Source of the DNA: Candidatus Micrarchaeota archaeon | Lineage (GTDB): Archaea > Micrarchaeota > Micrarchaeia > Anstonellales > Bilamarchaeaceae | Direction: 5' to 3' | NCBI GenBank assembly: GCA_043816005.1 | Contig: JBDRIM010000073.1 | Span: 1 to 49,113, forward strand | Length of the DNA: 49,113 nucleotides | Part shown: positions 9,265 to 18,861 of the stretch, in pieces | Position numbering within the stretch: the first letter of the stretch is position 1 | How the letters are laid out: every line of letters starts with the position of its first letter | The notes under the pieces: generated by a model | Told to the model about the DNA's origin: nothing | The model's input: only the letters and a program-made list of their open reading frames with translations | The model's database searches: none | Made by a program: the position numbers and the translations under genes

Positions 9265-10879
9265 GTTTATTTCCTACTTTTTCTTTTATTGCCTTCATAA
9301 ATTCAACAAAAATTGGTGCAGGTTCTTCAAGCCTACTTTTTAGTTCGATGTGCGCCTGTGTTGCAACTCCAAAACTATCTTTCCATTCTGTTATTTCTAC
9401 AATATTATTTTTTTGATGAACTGCTGAAATAATTAGTCCATTTTCTGTAAGTTGTTTTACATATTCTGGATTTACTTCGTACCTATGTCTATGTCTCTCA
9501 TCAATCTTATCTTTTTTATACGCATTATAAGCAACAGTTCCCTTGGTTATTGCACATTCATATGCTCCAAGTCTCATGGTCCCTCCCATTCTTGAAATTT
9601 GTTGTTGCTCTGGTAGCATATCAATGACTGGATATCTTGTTTTTTTGTCAAATTCAGTTGAATTAGCACCATTCATTCCACAGACATTTCGTGCATATTC
9701 AACTACCATCAATTGAAGGCCAAGACACAAACCAATATAGGGCACTTTATTTTCCCGTGCATATTTTATGGCTTTTATTTTTCCTTCAATACCTCTACTT
9801 CCAAATCCACCTGGTACTAATATTCCATCGTATTTTTTCAGAACTGATGCTATATCCTCGGTTTTTTCAAGATCACTTGCTTCTAACCAACTTATTTCCA
9901 GTCCATAATTTACTGCTGCCGCTCCATGAACTAATGCTTCCTTGACACTAACATAAGCATCCTTAACTGCAGTATATTTTCCAATAATAGCGACCTTCAA
10001 TGGTCTGCCTTTTGGTTCTATAATGTGCTCCACTTTTTTATGCCATTCTTTCAAATCTGGTTCCTTAGTTGGATCAAGATCGAGTTGTTTTGCAAGTTGT
10101 TTGTAGAAATTTTGTTTTTCAAGAACTAATGGAAGTTCATAAACAGTACTTACAAGAGGATCATCAAAAACACTTTCTTCAGGTACATTACAGTAGAGGC
10201 TTATTTTTTTCCGTGATTCTTCAGTAAGTTTTTCCTGTTCACGTGTGATTATCATGTTTGGTTGAATCCCCAAACTTTGTAGGAGTCGTGTTGCTTGTTG
10301 TGTTGGTTTCGTTTTTGGTTCATTTGGACTCAAACTTGGGACATAAGTAAGTTGTATAAATATCATATTATCTCTTTCAAAATTAAGTTGCCTCATGGCC
10401 TCTATGAAATAACTATTCTCCATATCTCCAATCGTTCCGCCTACCTCAACAAGTACTATATCTGCAGCATTCTCCTTTCCAACATTCTGCACCCATTTTT
10501 TTATCTCATCAGTCAAATGTGGAACAAATTGTACGTCGCGTCCAAGATACTCGCCTCTTCGCTCCTTTTCAATAATCCTTTGGAATAATTTCCCTCCTGT
10601 AATGGAACACATTCCAGGTAGCGACTTATTGAGAAATCTTTCGTATGTTCCAAAATCCATATCAACTTCTGTCCCATCATCAAGAACAAAAACTTCGCCA
10701 TGCCTAAATGGATTCATTGTTCCACAATCAACATTCAAGTAGCCGTCAAATTTTATTGGCACTACTTTGTATCCCCGTGCTTCAAGTAATTTAGCTATAG
10801 AAGAAGTTACTATTCCCTTTCCTAATCCGGACATAATCGATCCGGCAATCACAATAAACTTGGTTTTTTTCTCTGGCAT
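9257..10879 (-). CDS. pyrG: CTP synthase
   Basis: SGLGKG, GEVFVLDDG, PGGFG, GLCLGLQ, ERHRHRYE, QAHIE motifs. Confidence 0.97.
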   Translation of the reverse strand: MPEKKTKFIVIAGSIMSGLGKGIVTSSIAKLLEARGYKVVPIKFDGYLNVDCGTMNPFRHGEVFVLDDGTEVDMDFGTYERFLNKSLPGMCSITGGKLFQRIIEKERRGEYLGRDVQFVPHLTDEIKKWVQNVGKENAADIVLVEVGGTIGDMENSYFIEAMRQLNFERDNMIFIQLTYVPSLSPNEPKTKPTQQATRLLQSLGIQPNMIITREQEKLTEESRKKISLYCNVPEESVFDDPLVSTVYELPLVLEKQNFYKQLAKQLDLDPTKEPDLKEWHKKVEHIIEPKGRPLKVAIIGKYTAVKDAYVSVKEALVHGAAAVNYGLEISWLEASDLEKTEDIASVLKKYDGILVPGGFGSRGIEGKIKAIKYARENKVPYIGLCLGLQLMVVEYARNVCGMNGANSTEFDKKTRYPVIDMLPEQQQISRMGGTMRLGAYECAITKGTVAYNAYKKDKIDERHRHRYEVNPEYVKQLTENGLIISAVHQKNNIVEITEWKDSFGVATQAHIELKSRLEEPAPIFVEFMKAIKEKVGNKLI

Positions 10880-10931
10880 AGGAAACCTGTATTTAGAACT
10901 ATTTTTAAATTTAACAAAAACAAAATGAACA

Positions 10932-11621
10932 TTAAATTCTATTTAATGCATCTTTCATCTTTTCTATTGTCATATTCGTTGCAATCATGGGGATGCGTTC
11001 ACGTTCTGATATTTTTATTGCAAGTTTGTCTACTTTACCAGAATCTAAATTGTGCAAAACAACTGCCGATGGTTTTGAAGAGCTTACTCTTATGACTACA
11101 AATGGGCTCCTACCAGTACTAACACCTGTGAAAATGAACACTCTCTCATTCACATTTCCATACAAATTCTGAAAATATGAAAATGGCATATCCAAGATGA
11201 CCTTTATACTATCAATCAACGTATACCCATAAATTTTCTTAGTTTCAACAAGATCTCCGTTAGTCAAAACCCTACCATCAATTAATTTTACAAAATCCTT
11301 AAGTAAAATCGATCTTGCAAACTCGTGGACTTCGAAATATTCACTCACTGGTTTTTCTTTTTCTCTAAACTTCTGAGCAATTCCACCGCCTTTTATTCTA
11401 TCTATATCAAAAAGTGCATTGACGAAACGTTTTACTACTCCTGTTCCTGGTGATTTTCTTCTGTTTCCTTCGTAATCACTGATAGTTGATACTGTAATAT
11501 CAAGATGTTTTGCAAGTTCAACCTGTGAGATGTTGAATATTTCACGCCATTTCCTCATGGTTGCTCCTGGGTCTTCTGATAGTGAAATTTCGCCTGCTAT
11601 TTCCATTTTTATTTTTTCCAA
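10932..11621 (-). CDS. Archaeal XRE-type HTH transcription regulator (COG1709-like)
   Basis: IAGEISLSEDPGATMRKWRE, ISDYEGNRRKSPG, FTGVSTGRSP; TTG start with GAGGAG RBS. Confidence 0.9.
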   Translation of the reverse strand: MEKIKMEIAGEISLSEDPGATMRKWREIFNISQVELAKHLDITVSTISDYEGNRRKSPGTGVVKRFVNALFDIDRIKGGGIAQKFREKEKPVSEYFEVHEFARSILLKDFVKLIDGRVLTNGDLVETKKIYGYTLIDSIKVILDMPFSYFQNLYGNVNERVFIFTGVSTGRSPFVVIRVSSSKPSAVVLHNLDSGKVDKLAIKISERERIPMIATNMTIEKMKDALNRI

Positions 11622-11749
11622 TTAATCTCCTCAAAATGGAAAGTAGTGAACGCAGTTCACGTTAATTTCCATTTTTATTTTTTCCAATTAATCTCCTCAA
11701 AATGGAAAGATGCGAACTTGTTCGCAAAGATTTCCATTTTTATTTTTTC
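11599..11749. repeat. Tandem array: two 45-bp repeats plus a partial third, separated by palindromic 20-21 nt spacers
   Basis: atttccatttttattttttccaattaatctcctcaaaatggaaag at 11599-11643 and 11665-11709; 20-bp partial at 11730-11749; spacers contain gtgaacgcagttcac and tgcgaacttgttcgca. Confidence 0.95.
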
Positions 11750-11895
11750 TATTTACATCACCATAAAACTAAAAAAAATCTAATATCTAATGCAACTATC
11801 AGCTAAACTATTTATATTCATTTCGACTATTGTCCATTATGACTTCGGCAATTTTGTTCGTGCTAATTTTTAAATTTTGATTGTAAAATAGGTTC

Positions 11896-12375
11896 ATGCC
11901 ATTAAATCTATTAGGAGATTTTTTTTCAATCCTTAAACCATCGTTATTTACCTCATCGTCAGCCATTCTAATTATATGTTTTATAATTTGGGAACTTCCA
12001 CGTACACTCAAAATCATGGATGAGGAATATACAAAAGACTTATACCCAGAAAATAGTAGGATACCCGATTTTTTCTTTTTATTTTGGGGATTAATTGGTA
12101 TTCTATATCTGTTCCCTCTCAATAACACGGATAATGTTCTTGCGTTTCTCAAAACACCTGGGATAACTTCATTTTACATTGTAATCATGATCACAATACC
12201 TTTCATTGTCTTAATGGGGTATTTCAAACGGTTCTTTGAAAGAATGCACAAACACGATTCACTTACTATTTTCACAGTCCAGTCATTTATGGATCTTATG
12301 CACACGTTGTTTTTCATTTCAGTTTCAATATTGATGGTACCAATACTTGGCTATCTAATTGGTCCATTGAAATAA
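11896..12375 (+). CDS. Hypothetical membrane protein (about 4 TM)
   Basis: Four hydrophobic stretches, 159 aa. Confidence 0.7.
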   Translation: MPLNLLGDFFSILKPSLFTSSSAILIICFIIWELPRTLKIMDEEYTKDLYPENSRIPDFFFLFWGLIGILYLFPLNNTDNVLAFLKTPGITSFYIVIMITIPFIVLMGYFKRFFERMHKHDSLTIFTVQSFMDLMHTLFFISVSILMVPILGYLIGPLK

Positions 12376-12376
12376 A

Positions 12377-13147
12377 TCAGTAATCTTTCATGAATTCAAC
12401 AGCATTTTTGAAAATCCTTAACCCATAAGCTTCTTTCACTACGCCTTTTATCCAATATGGACAATTTTCTGGGATATTGAAAGCTTCTGGATGCGGCATC
12501 ATTCCAAATATTTTTCCACTTTTATCACAAATCCCGGCAATATTATCCACTGCTCCATTTGGGTTATATGGATAGCCAGCAAGATTATTATTCTCATCCA
12601 CATACTGGAAAACAATCTGATTATTCTCTTTCAATTCTTTCATTACTGTTTCATCCTTTGGAATAAATTTACCCTCACCATGTCGAACTGGAACAAGCAA
12701 ATGCTCGAGCCCTTTAGTGTAGATACAAGGAGACTTAGTATTGGTTTTCAATATCACCCACCTATCTTCAAAATGACCCGAATCATTTCCAACCAAACTC
12801 ACCCGTTGTTGGAAATCTGGTGTTGGTAGCAATCCCATTTTTACGAGTGCTTGAAAACCATTACAAATACCGCAAACTAATTTACCTGCTTTTACAAATC
12901 CCTCCAATTGATCTTTTATTTTAAATTTCATTTTATTTCCAAAGACCTTCCCAGAGCCAAGATCATCTCCAAATGCAAAACCACCTGGGATAAAAAACAT
13001 ATTATAATCTTCGAGTATCTTTGGTGTTTCAAGAATTTTATTCACATGGACTATTTCGGCTACCCCACCGCTTTTTTCAATACAAAATTTGCTCTCATTT
13101 TCGCAGTTTATCCCATAACCAGTTACTACCAATGCTTTGAGCGTCAT
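12377..13147 (-). CDS. purQ: Phosphoribosylformylglycinamidine synthase subunit PurQ
   Basis: PGGFAFGD, GICNGFQ, HGEG, NPNG, GMMPHPE motifs. Confidence 0.95.
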   Translation of the reverse strand: MTLKALVVTGYGINCENESKFCIEKSGGVAEIVHVNKILETPKILEDYNMFFIPGGFAFGDDLGSGKVFGNKMKFKIKDQLEGFVKAGKLVCGICNGFQALVKMGLLPTPDFQQRVSLVGNDSGHFEDRWVILKTNTKSPCIYTKGLEHLLVPVRHGEGKFIPKDETVMKELKENNQIVFQYVDENNNLAGYPYNPNGAVDNIAGICDKSGKIFGMMPHPEAFNIPENCPYWIKGVVKEAYGLRIFKNAVEFMKDY

Positions 13148-13161
13148 AATATCCCTTTATA

Positions 13162-13545
13162 CTAAACTTTTCTTAATCCTTTTATTCCATCAAATTTTCC
13201 TGTTGATCCTGTTGATCTTGTAAATAAAAATGCATTGTTTGCCATACATATAGCTGCTGTCAAAATACTGTCCGTCATTCTAAATCCGTCGCTGCGATCC
13301 TTCATATCATTCAAAAGTTTTGATGCAATTTGTGCAGCTTTTTTGTCAAATGGTAAAACTGTAACATTAGCCGAAAAAGATGAAACCACTTCTGGTTTAT
13401 TAATTACTTCGAGAAGATGCATCATTGTTAAACTTGTTATACAAATTTCTTCATGATCCGCATAATACCTCATCTTATCAATAATTGCCGGTTCGCCTCG
13501 GAGAAAGTCTAATGCAGCTTCAAAGTCTAAGCATATTTTTTCCAT
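13162..13545 (-). CDS. VapC-like PIN-domain protein with degenerate active site
   Basis: CLDFEAALDFL, VLPFDKKAA, ILTAAICMANNAFLFTR; downstream of a VapB-like gene. Confidence 0.8.
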   Translation of the reverse strand: MEKICLDFEAALDFLRGEPAIIDKMRYYADHEEICITSLTMMHLLEVINKPEVVSSFSANVTVLPFDKKAAQIASKLLNDMKDRSDGFRMTDSILTAAICMANNAFLFTRSTGSTGKFDGIKGLRKV

Positions 13546-13557
13546 TTAAATCCCTCA

Positions 13558-13782
13558 TCATCTGTTATATGCTTGATCTCGTTTTATCCTATCTACCTCA
13601 CGGTGATTAATGTCCATTTCATCAATACTTCCAGCAAGACTAATAATATTACTACCTTCTCTCTTTTCTTTTAACAAAAACCGTAAAATCTCACTAAAGC
13701 TCATTGCCTTAGATTTCTTTAACTGGTAGAGTTCCGCATATACATCATCCATTATCGTTATTACTTTCACCATTTTTTTCAC
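13558..13782 (-). CDS. VapB-like antitoxin (RHH, DUF217-like)
   Basis: KVITIMDDVYAELYQLKK...SFSEILRFLL. Confidence 0.8.
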   Translation of the reverse strand: MKKMVKVITIMDDVYAELYQLKKSKAMSFSEILRFLLKEKREGSNIISLAGSIDEMDINHREVDRIKRDQAYNR

Positions 13783-13920
13783 CTGAAAGCAGCAGAGCCG
13801 CGTTAGCCGTTCATTCCAACAAATGGACGTTTCATCCCCTCAAAAAATGGGCCAAACCCATTTTCATTAAAGAAATACGTCCATTGTAGATCGCATGTGC
13901 TACAATTGTACCGCACATGG

Positions 13921-13947
13921 TAAATACATTTAGTCAATGTATTTATA
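13921..13947 (-). promoter_or_regulatory. Putative vapBC promoter with overlapping inverted-repeat operator
   Basis: taaatacatt-N5-aatgtattta overlapping minus-strand TATAAATA (13940-13947). Confidence 0.5.
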
Positions 13948-14141
13948 CTTTTCCCTCGAGAATGTGCCATTTGTTCTTTTTTTAGTCATTTTATGTCCTC
14001 ATTTTTTCGTCGTAAAACATCAAGTATTTAAATCATCGAAGGTGCCATTACTTACTCTCGTAATTGTTTCGTTAATTTTTTCGCATTGCGAAAAAATGAG
14101 AAACTGGGAGAAAGCGACCAAAATGATAAAAAGGTGAAACT

Positions 14142-15221
14142 ATGGAAGATTTGGTAAGATCGGTTGTTGGAGAAAATACGCCGCAAGCTGACAAACAGTC
14201 CTCTGATGCATTGAGTTCAGAGTGCATTAAAATCGTTACTGTCGGTGTGGGTGGTGCTGGTAATAACACCATTAACAGACTTATAAAGTCCGGAGTTAAA
14301 GGTACCGAGTTGGTTGCAGTTAACACTGACAAACAACACCTTAACATTGTTCATGAAAGAGCAAAGAAGGTCTTAATAGGTAAATCAGTTACCAAAGGTT
14401 TGGGTGCTGGTGGTTATCCTGACATAGGTGCAAAGTCGTGTGAAGTTGACAGGCCACTTGTTGAAAGAGAACTTGAAGGCGCTCATCTTGTATTTGTTTG
14501 TGCAGGTATGGGTGGTGGTACTGGCGGTGGTGCAGCTCCAATTATTGCACAAATTGCAAAAGAGCAAGGAGCAATCGTAGTTGCCATGGTTACCTATCCA
14601 TTTGCTTTGGAAAGAGCAAGAAAAAAAAGAGCAGAAGATGGTATTAAACTCTTGAAAAAGAGCTGTGACTCAGTTATTATTCTTGATAATAATAGATTGG
14701 TTCAGTTAGTTCCAAATTTGCCAATGGCAGAAGCATTTGCTGTTGCTGATGAGATTCTTTCAAGGGCAATTAGCGGTCTTGTATGGACCATCACACAACC
14801 ATCTTTGATTAATATCGACTTCGCAGATGTCCGTGCAATCATGGAAGGCGGAGGAGTTGGATTCATTGCAGTTGGTGAAGGTAAAGGAAATGACAAAGTC
14901 AAAGCAGCCGCAGAGGGTGTTATAAAGAACCGACTGTTGGATGTTGACTTCGAAGGTGCGAAAGGTGCACTTATTCACATTACTGGTGGTAGTGACCTCA
15001 CATTGGGAGATGCTATCAAAGCTGGTGAATGGGTAACCGAAAAGATGGATGCCGAAGCAAATGTCAAATGGGGCGCTAGAATTATGCAGAATTACGAAGG
15101 CAAATTAGAAATTGTTGCCATCGTAACTGGTGTAAAAGGTGCGTCAGTTGCAGGCTCATCGATGATTGAAGAAGAATCTGTTATGCCAACATACTCTTCT
15201 GACCTTGAAGTTTTAGGTTAA
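14142..15221 (+). CDS. ftsZ: Cell division protein FtsZ
   Basis: [29 protein letters not shown] motifs; GGTGA RBS. Confidence 0.97.
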   Translation: MEDLVRSVVGENTPQADKQSSDALSSECIKIVTVGVGGAGNNTINRLIKSGVKGTELVAVNTDKQHLNIVHERAKKVLIGKSVTKGLGAGGYPDIGAKSCEVDRPLVERELEGAHLVFVCAGMGGGTGGGAAPIIAQIAKEQGAIVVAMVTYPFALERARKKRAEDGIKLLKKSCDSVIILDNNRLVQLVPNLPMAEAFAVADEILSRAISGLVWTITQPSLINIDFADVRAIMEGGGVGFIAVGEGKGNDKVKAAAEGVIKNRLLDVDFEGAKGALIHITGGSDLTLGDAIKAGEWVTEKMDAEANVKWGARIMQNYEGKLEIVAIVTGVKGASVAGSSMIEEESVMPTYSSDLEVLG

Positions 15222-15279
15222 AAACTTGAGGACCATAGAACGATTCGTCGTTCTATTGGACCTTGAAGTTTTAGGTTAA
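15201..15279. repeat. 21-bp duplication of the ftsZ 3' end flanking a 37-nt hairpin insert
   Basis: gaccttgaagttttaggttaa at 15201-15221 and 15259-15279; insert contains atagaacga-ttcg-tcgttctat. Confidence 0.93.
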
Positions 15280-15348
15280 TTTTTTTTCTTTTCTATTTTT
15301 CTTTTCATCTGGATATAGAAATTTAAATACACATTACTAATCTTCTTT

Positions 15349-16458
15349 ATGAAGAAAATTATAGTTGTTCTTGTATTCGCCATTCTTTTTCTTTTGGTAA
15401 TCAACATCTTTTTTCTATACAGCATAGCTACTATTCGTGATGAACTAACAAGTCAAAAATCAGATTTTGAAAGTGAAAAATCCATCTTAGCTGCCCAAAT
15501 AATTGATATAAACGATACTGTAAACCAGAAAGACCAGGAGATCATCGAATTAAATTCACAAATCGAGGCCGATAAACTAAAGATAGACCAAACAACCAAT
15601 CTTCTAACTTATACTCAACAACAACTCAATCTCACAAAATCCGAATTGTCAAACACTTCGTTATCACTTGAGGAAGCACAATCAGAGTTTAGTATTATTA
15701 AATCTGAAATTGACGATATTGCATTCTCTATCAATGAATCAATCCAATGGTTCAACTCGAATTCCCATCTTGGTCCATCAACCGAGTTTTTTTCAGATTA
15801 TGTTTATGATAAATGTGTGCATTCAGATACTCTTAATCTTCCCTGTATAGAATTTTTCATGGAGAAACGATTGGATTTTTTTTATGAAGAAGAATCCCCA
15901 GACAAACTCTATTCAATAGATGAAATGATCTCTAGGGGTGGTGGAGATTGCGAAGATTATTCACTTTTTCTTAAGGCAGTTTTGAATGATCTTAAATTAT
16001 CCGATCCTGATTTGCAAGTTATGGGGTGGACAAAAGGAGATAATAACTTTATGGTCTATGAAGGTTCTAGTAGTTCGTGGTTCTTTAAGAATGCACAGCC
16101 AGTTTATTTTGGTTCCCTTAGCGATCGTTATCCAGTTGTTTTTTGTTATGTAACATCCTACACTGATGAGGAATTACGTGGTCATTGTATAGTGGCATTA
16201 TCAAAAGAAAAAATTGAAACAAAAGCAGATCTCTACAAACTTAATGGGGCTGCTACATTTGAACCACAAGATGGCGAATACAAAGGCACCATCAGCAACG
16301 ATTATTTCTTGTGCGGCGGAGAGGATTGTGGTAAAAGTACACACGATATAATTTTAATAATCACTGATGATGATTTTTACAAAATGGTTGGTGGAGAATG
16401 GCAAAGTCTTGCATTCTATCTGAACGAAATTACTCAATTCAAAGCTAAGTTAGGATAA
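15349..16458 (+). CDS. Membrane-anchored coiled-coil protein with transglutaminase-like cysteine protease domain
   Basis: N-terminal TM, ~100-aa heptad region, GGGDCEDYS ... GHCIVA ... FEPQ. Confidence 0.75.
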   Translation: MKKIIVVLVFAILFLLVINIFFLYSIATIRDELTSQKSDFESEKSILAAQIIDINDTVNQKDQEIIELNSQIEADKLKIDQTTNLLTYTQQQLNLTKSELSNTSLSLEEAQSEFSIIKSEIDDIAFSINESIQWFNSNSHLGPSTEFFSDYVYDKCVHSDTLNLPCIEFFMEKRLDFFYEEESPDKLYSIDEMISRGGGDCEDYSLFLKAVLNDLKLSDPDLQVMGWTKGDNNFMVYEGSSSSWFFKNAQPVYFGSLSDRYPVVFCYVTSYTDEELRGHCIVALSKEKIETKADLYKLNGAATFEPQDGEYKGTISNDYFLCGGEDCGKSTHDIILIITDDDFYKMVGGEWQSLAFYLNEITQFKAKLG

Positions 16459-16496
16459 AGCAGGCTTTATTTTTCTTTTCCTTCATCTTCATTCCT

Positions 16497-17204
16497 ATGA
16501 AAATAAAGATAATCGCAAATCCTAAGAAAACATGGGCAAAAAAAGTTGCCCGAGAACTTAGGACATTTCTTTCACCAAAACATTCTATTGTTCGTAATGG
16601 TGCTGAAGCTACGATTTGTATTGGTGGGGATGGTACAATCCTTTATGCAGTTCATAAAAATCAGATTAACGGTCCAATCATTGGCGTAGGTGGGGATAAA
16701 AGCTACATTTGCCAACTTGACAAACACAATTGGAGGGAAAAACTACTTACCCTGATTGATAATCCGGCAAGAGAAAAAATTATGACATTGATTTGTAAGT
16801 CTGAAGGTAACACATACTGTGCGTTGAACGATGTTGTTGTACATGCGACACACTATCGAGTTGTAGAAATGGATGTTACTCTTGATGGAAGAACAACGTC
16901 ATTTGAAGGAGATGGTATGATTGTTTCATCTTCAATTGGTTCTGCTGCATATGCATTTTCAGCAGGAGGAAAGAAATTCAAACCAACGGAACGGAAAATT
17001 GTTGTTGTTCCTATTTGTGCCTATAAACGCGCCTTTAGTCCATTAGTATTGGGCGAAGGTGGCAAAACTTCAATAAAGGTAGGTGCTGATTGTGCATTTA
17101 TAATCGACGGTATATTTATTAGAAATTTGAAAAGTGAAGAGATAGTATATGTAGAAAAAGGTTCTGATATGTTATTCTTTAGTGGGGTAGGGCGATATGA
17201 CTGA
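16497..17204 (+). CDS. nadK: NAD kinase
   Basis: IGGDGT, ALND, GDGMIVSS, GSAAYAFSAGG. Confidence 0.9.
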   Translation: MKIKIIANPKKTWAKKVARELRTFLSPKHSIVRNGAEATICIGGDGTILYAVHKNQINGPIIGVGGDKSYICQLDKHNWREKLLTLIDNPAREKIMTLICKSEGNTYCALNDVVVHATHYRVVEMDVTLDGRTTSFEGDGMIVSSSIGSAAYAFSAGGKKFKPTERKIVVVPICAYKRAFSPLVLGEGGKTSIKVGADCAFIIDGIFIRNLKSEEIVYVEKGSDMLFFSGVGRYD

Positions 17205-17502
17205 CAAAGATGAAATAATTAAACGCGGTTTTGTTGATGTAAAAGTTTTTGTGGCTGGGTTAAGACAAAGCCATAGGCTAGAGGTTGTAGAACAGGAGAC
17301 ACCAAATGGGCCTGTTTTGTTTTTAGTGTGCAAACATTACATCCCAGCTATAGAAATGGTTCGTCTTGCAGAAGCGCTCAAATTTCCAATAAAACATAAA
17401 GATACAGTTGTGTTCCCTCGTGGAACTATGCCGAGTACATTTACCAAAAAATCAACAATGGTATCAATTGAACCGGATGTTATTGAAGCTGAAGTTGAGT
17501 GA
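17197..17502 (+). CDS. Hypothetical protein
   Basis: 101 aa, overlaps the nadK stop, operon-like. Confidence 0.7.
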   Translation: MTDKDEIIKRGFVDVKVFVAGLRQSHRLEVVEQETPNGPVLFLVCKHYIPAIEMVRLAEALKFPIKHKDTVVFPRGTMPSTFTKKSTMVSIEPDVIEAEVE

Positions 17503-18141
17503 ATGGAATTTGTAAATAAGAAAATTACAATTCCAATTTCTTCAAAAAAGTTTGAAGGTGTAATGACAATACCTTCAAAATCAAAAGCAATCATTGTATT
17601 CGTTCATGGTGGTGGGGGCGCAGTAAAAAGTCCAAGGAATAATGCAATTGCAAGAGTTCTAAATAAAAATAATTTTGGCACTTTACTTTTCGAATTACTC
17701 ACAGATAAAGAGGACCTATCCAATAAAAATAATCTCAACATAGATCTTCTCTCAACAAGATTATTGGCAGCAACAAAATGGTTGATAAAACAACCTATGG
17801 CACAAGGGTTGAAAATAGGTTATTTCTCGGTTAGTAGTGGTACTGCAGCAGCAATACGCGCATCTTCTAAATTACGCAAAATTTTTGCTATAGTATCAAA
17901 AAGTGGCAGACCTGATCTTTCTATGTCATATCTTAGTATAGTTAAAGCACCAATTTTATTTATCGTTGGTGAGGATGATGAGGTAATTACTACTTTGAAT
18001 GAACAGGCATTTATCAACTTGTCTGGCGAAAAAAGTATGGTGATAATTCCAAATGCTGGGCATTTTTTTGATGAACCTGGTACTTCGAAAGAAGTAGCAA
18101 AGTTTACTTTGAACTGGTTCAAAAAATATTCAAGAAAATAA
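17503..18141 (+). CDS. Dienelactone hydrolase-like alpha/beta hydrolase
   Basis: HGGG..SPRN, GYFSVSSG, SGRPDL, IVGEDD, AGHFFDEPG. Confidence 0.85.
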   Translation: MEFVNKKITIPISSKKFEGVMTIPSKSKAIIVFVHGGGGAVKSPRNNAIARVLNKNNFGTLLFELLTDKEDLSNKNNLNIDLLSTRLLAATKWLIKQPMAQGLKIGYFSVSSGTAAAIRASSKLRKIFAIVSKSGRPDLSMSYLSIVKAPILFIVGEDDEVITTLNEQAFINLSGEKSMVIIPNAGHFFDEPGTSKEVAKFTLNWFKKYSRK

Positions 18142-18861
18142 TCCTGCAAGAATAAATGCTATGGCTGCACCAGCTAAAAATACAAGAGATCCAACTCCTC
18201 GTTGTTTTTCTTTAAATACATCTGGCATTATCTCTACGAAGACAACATACATCATTGCACCAGCTGAAAATGCAAGTGCAAATGGTACTAGTGCAATAAT
18301 TTTGGTTAAAAATACATACCCAATTATAGCTGCAAAACCTTCGACAATCCCAGATAAAATTCCAAAACCAACTGCTTTTTTCTTTTCTAAACCATAACAG
18401 ATAAGTGGTGCGGATATCAGTGCACCTTCTGGAGCATCTTGTATTGCCATAGATAAAGCAGTAAACCAACCAAGAGGGGTGGAACCAGCAAATGCTGCTG
18501 CTATGGCAAATCCTTCAGGTATATTATGAATCGCAATCGTACCAACAATCAATGCTGTTTTTTTCTTTGATGTTGGCAGCTCTGTTTTTTTTATGTGATG
18601 GTGAACATGAGGCAATGTTTTTTCGAAGATAAATATGAATAACAATCCAATTACAAATCCAAATAACACATCTATATATCCAATTATTTGCTGGGCTTGA
18701 TTAATCATTTCTACAGCCGTGAAAGCCATCACACCAGCTGAAAATGCAAGTAATAATGTATATCTAATTTTGCATAGATCACTAATGAAAACAGTACTGA
18801 TTGCACCTATTCCTGTTGCAATTGTAACTAATATTGCCCCTCCGAGGAGATCTATGAACAT
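18130..18861 (-). CDS. ZIP-family (GufA/ZupT) metal transporter
   Basis: FSAGVM, HNIPEG, IQDAPEG, AGAMMYVV. Confidence 0.92.
   Translation of the reverse strand: MFIDLLGGAILVTIATGIGAISTVFISDLCKIRYTLLLAFSAGVMAFTAVEMINQAQQIIGYIDVLFGFVIGLLFIFIFEKTLPHVHHHIKKTELPTSKKKTALIVGTIAIHNIPEGFAIAAAFAGSTPLGWFTALSMAIQDAPEGALISAPLICYGLEKKKAVGFGILSGIVEGFAAIIGYVFLTKIIALVPFALAFSAGAMMYVVFVEIMPDVFKEKQRGVGSLVFLAGAAIAFILAGLFS

Noticed and set aside
11599..11749. CRISPR array
   Set aside because: Only 2.5 repeats, repeat derives from the adjacent gene start, spacers are short palindromes, and no cas genes are present
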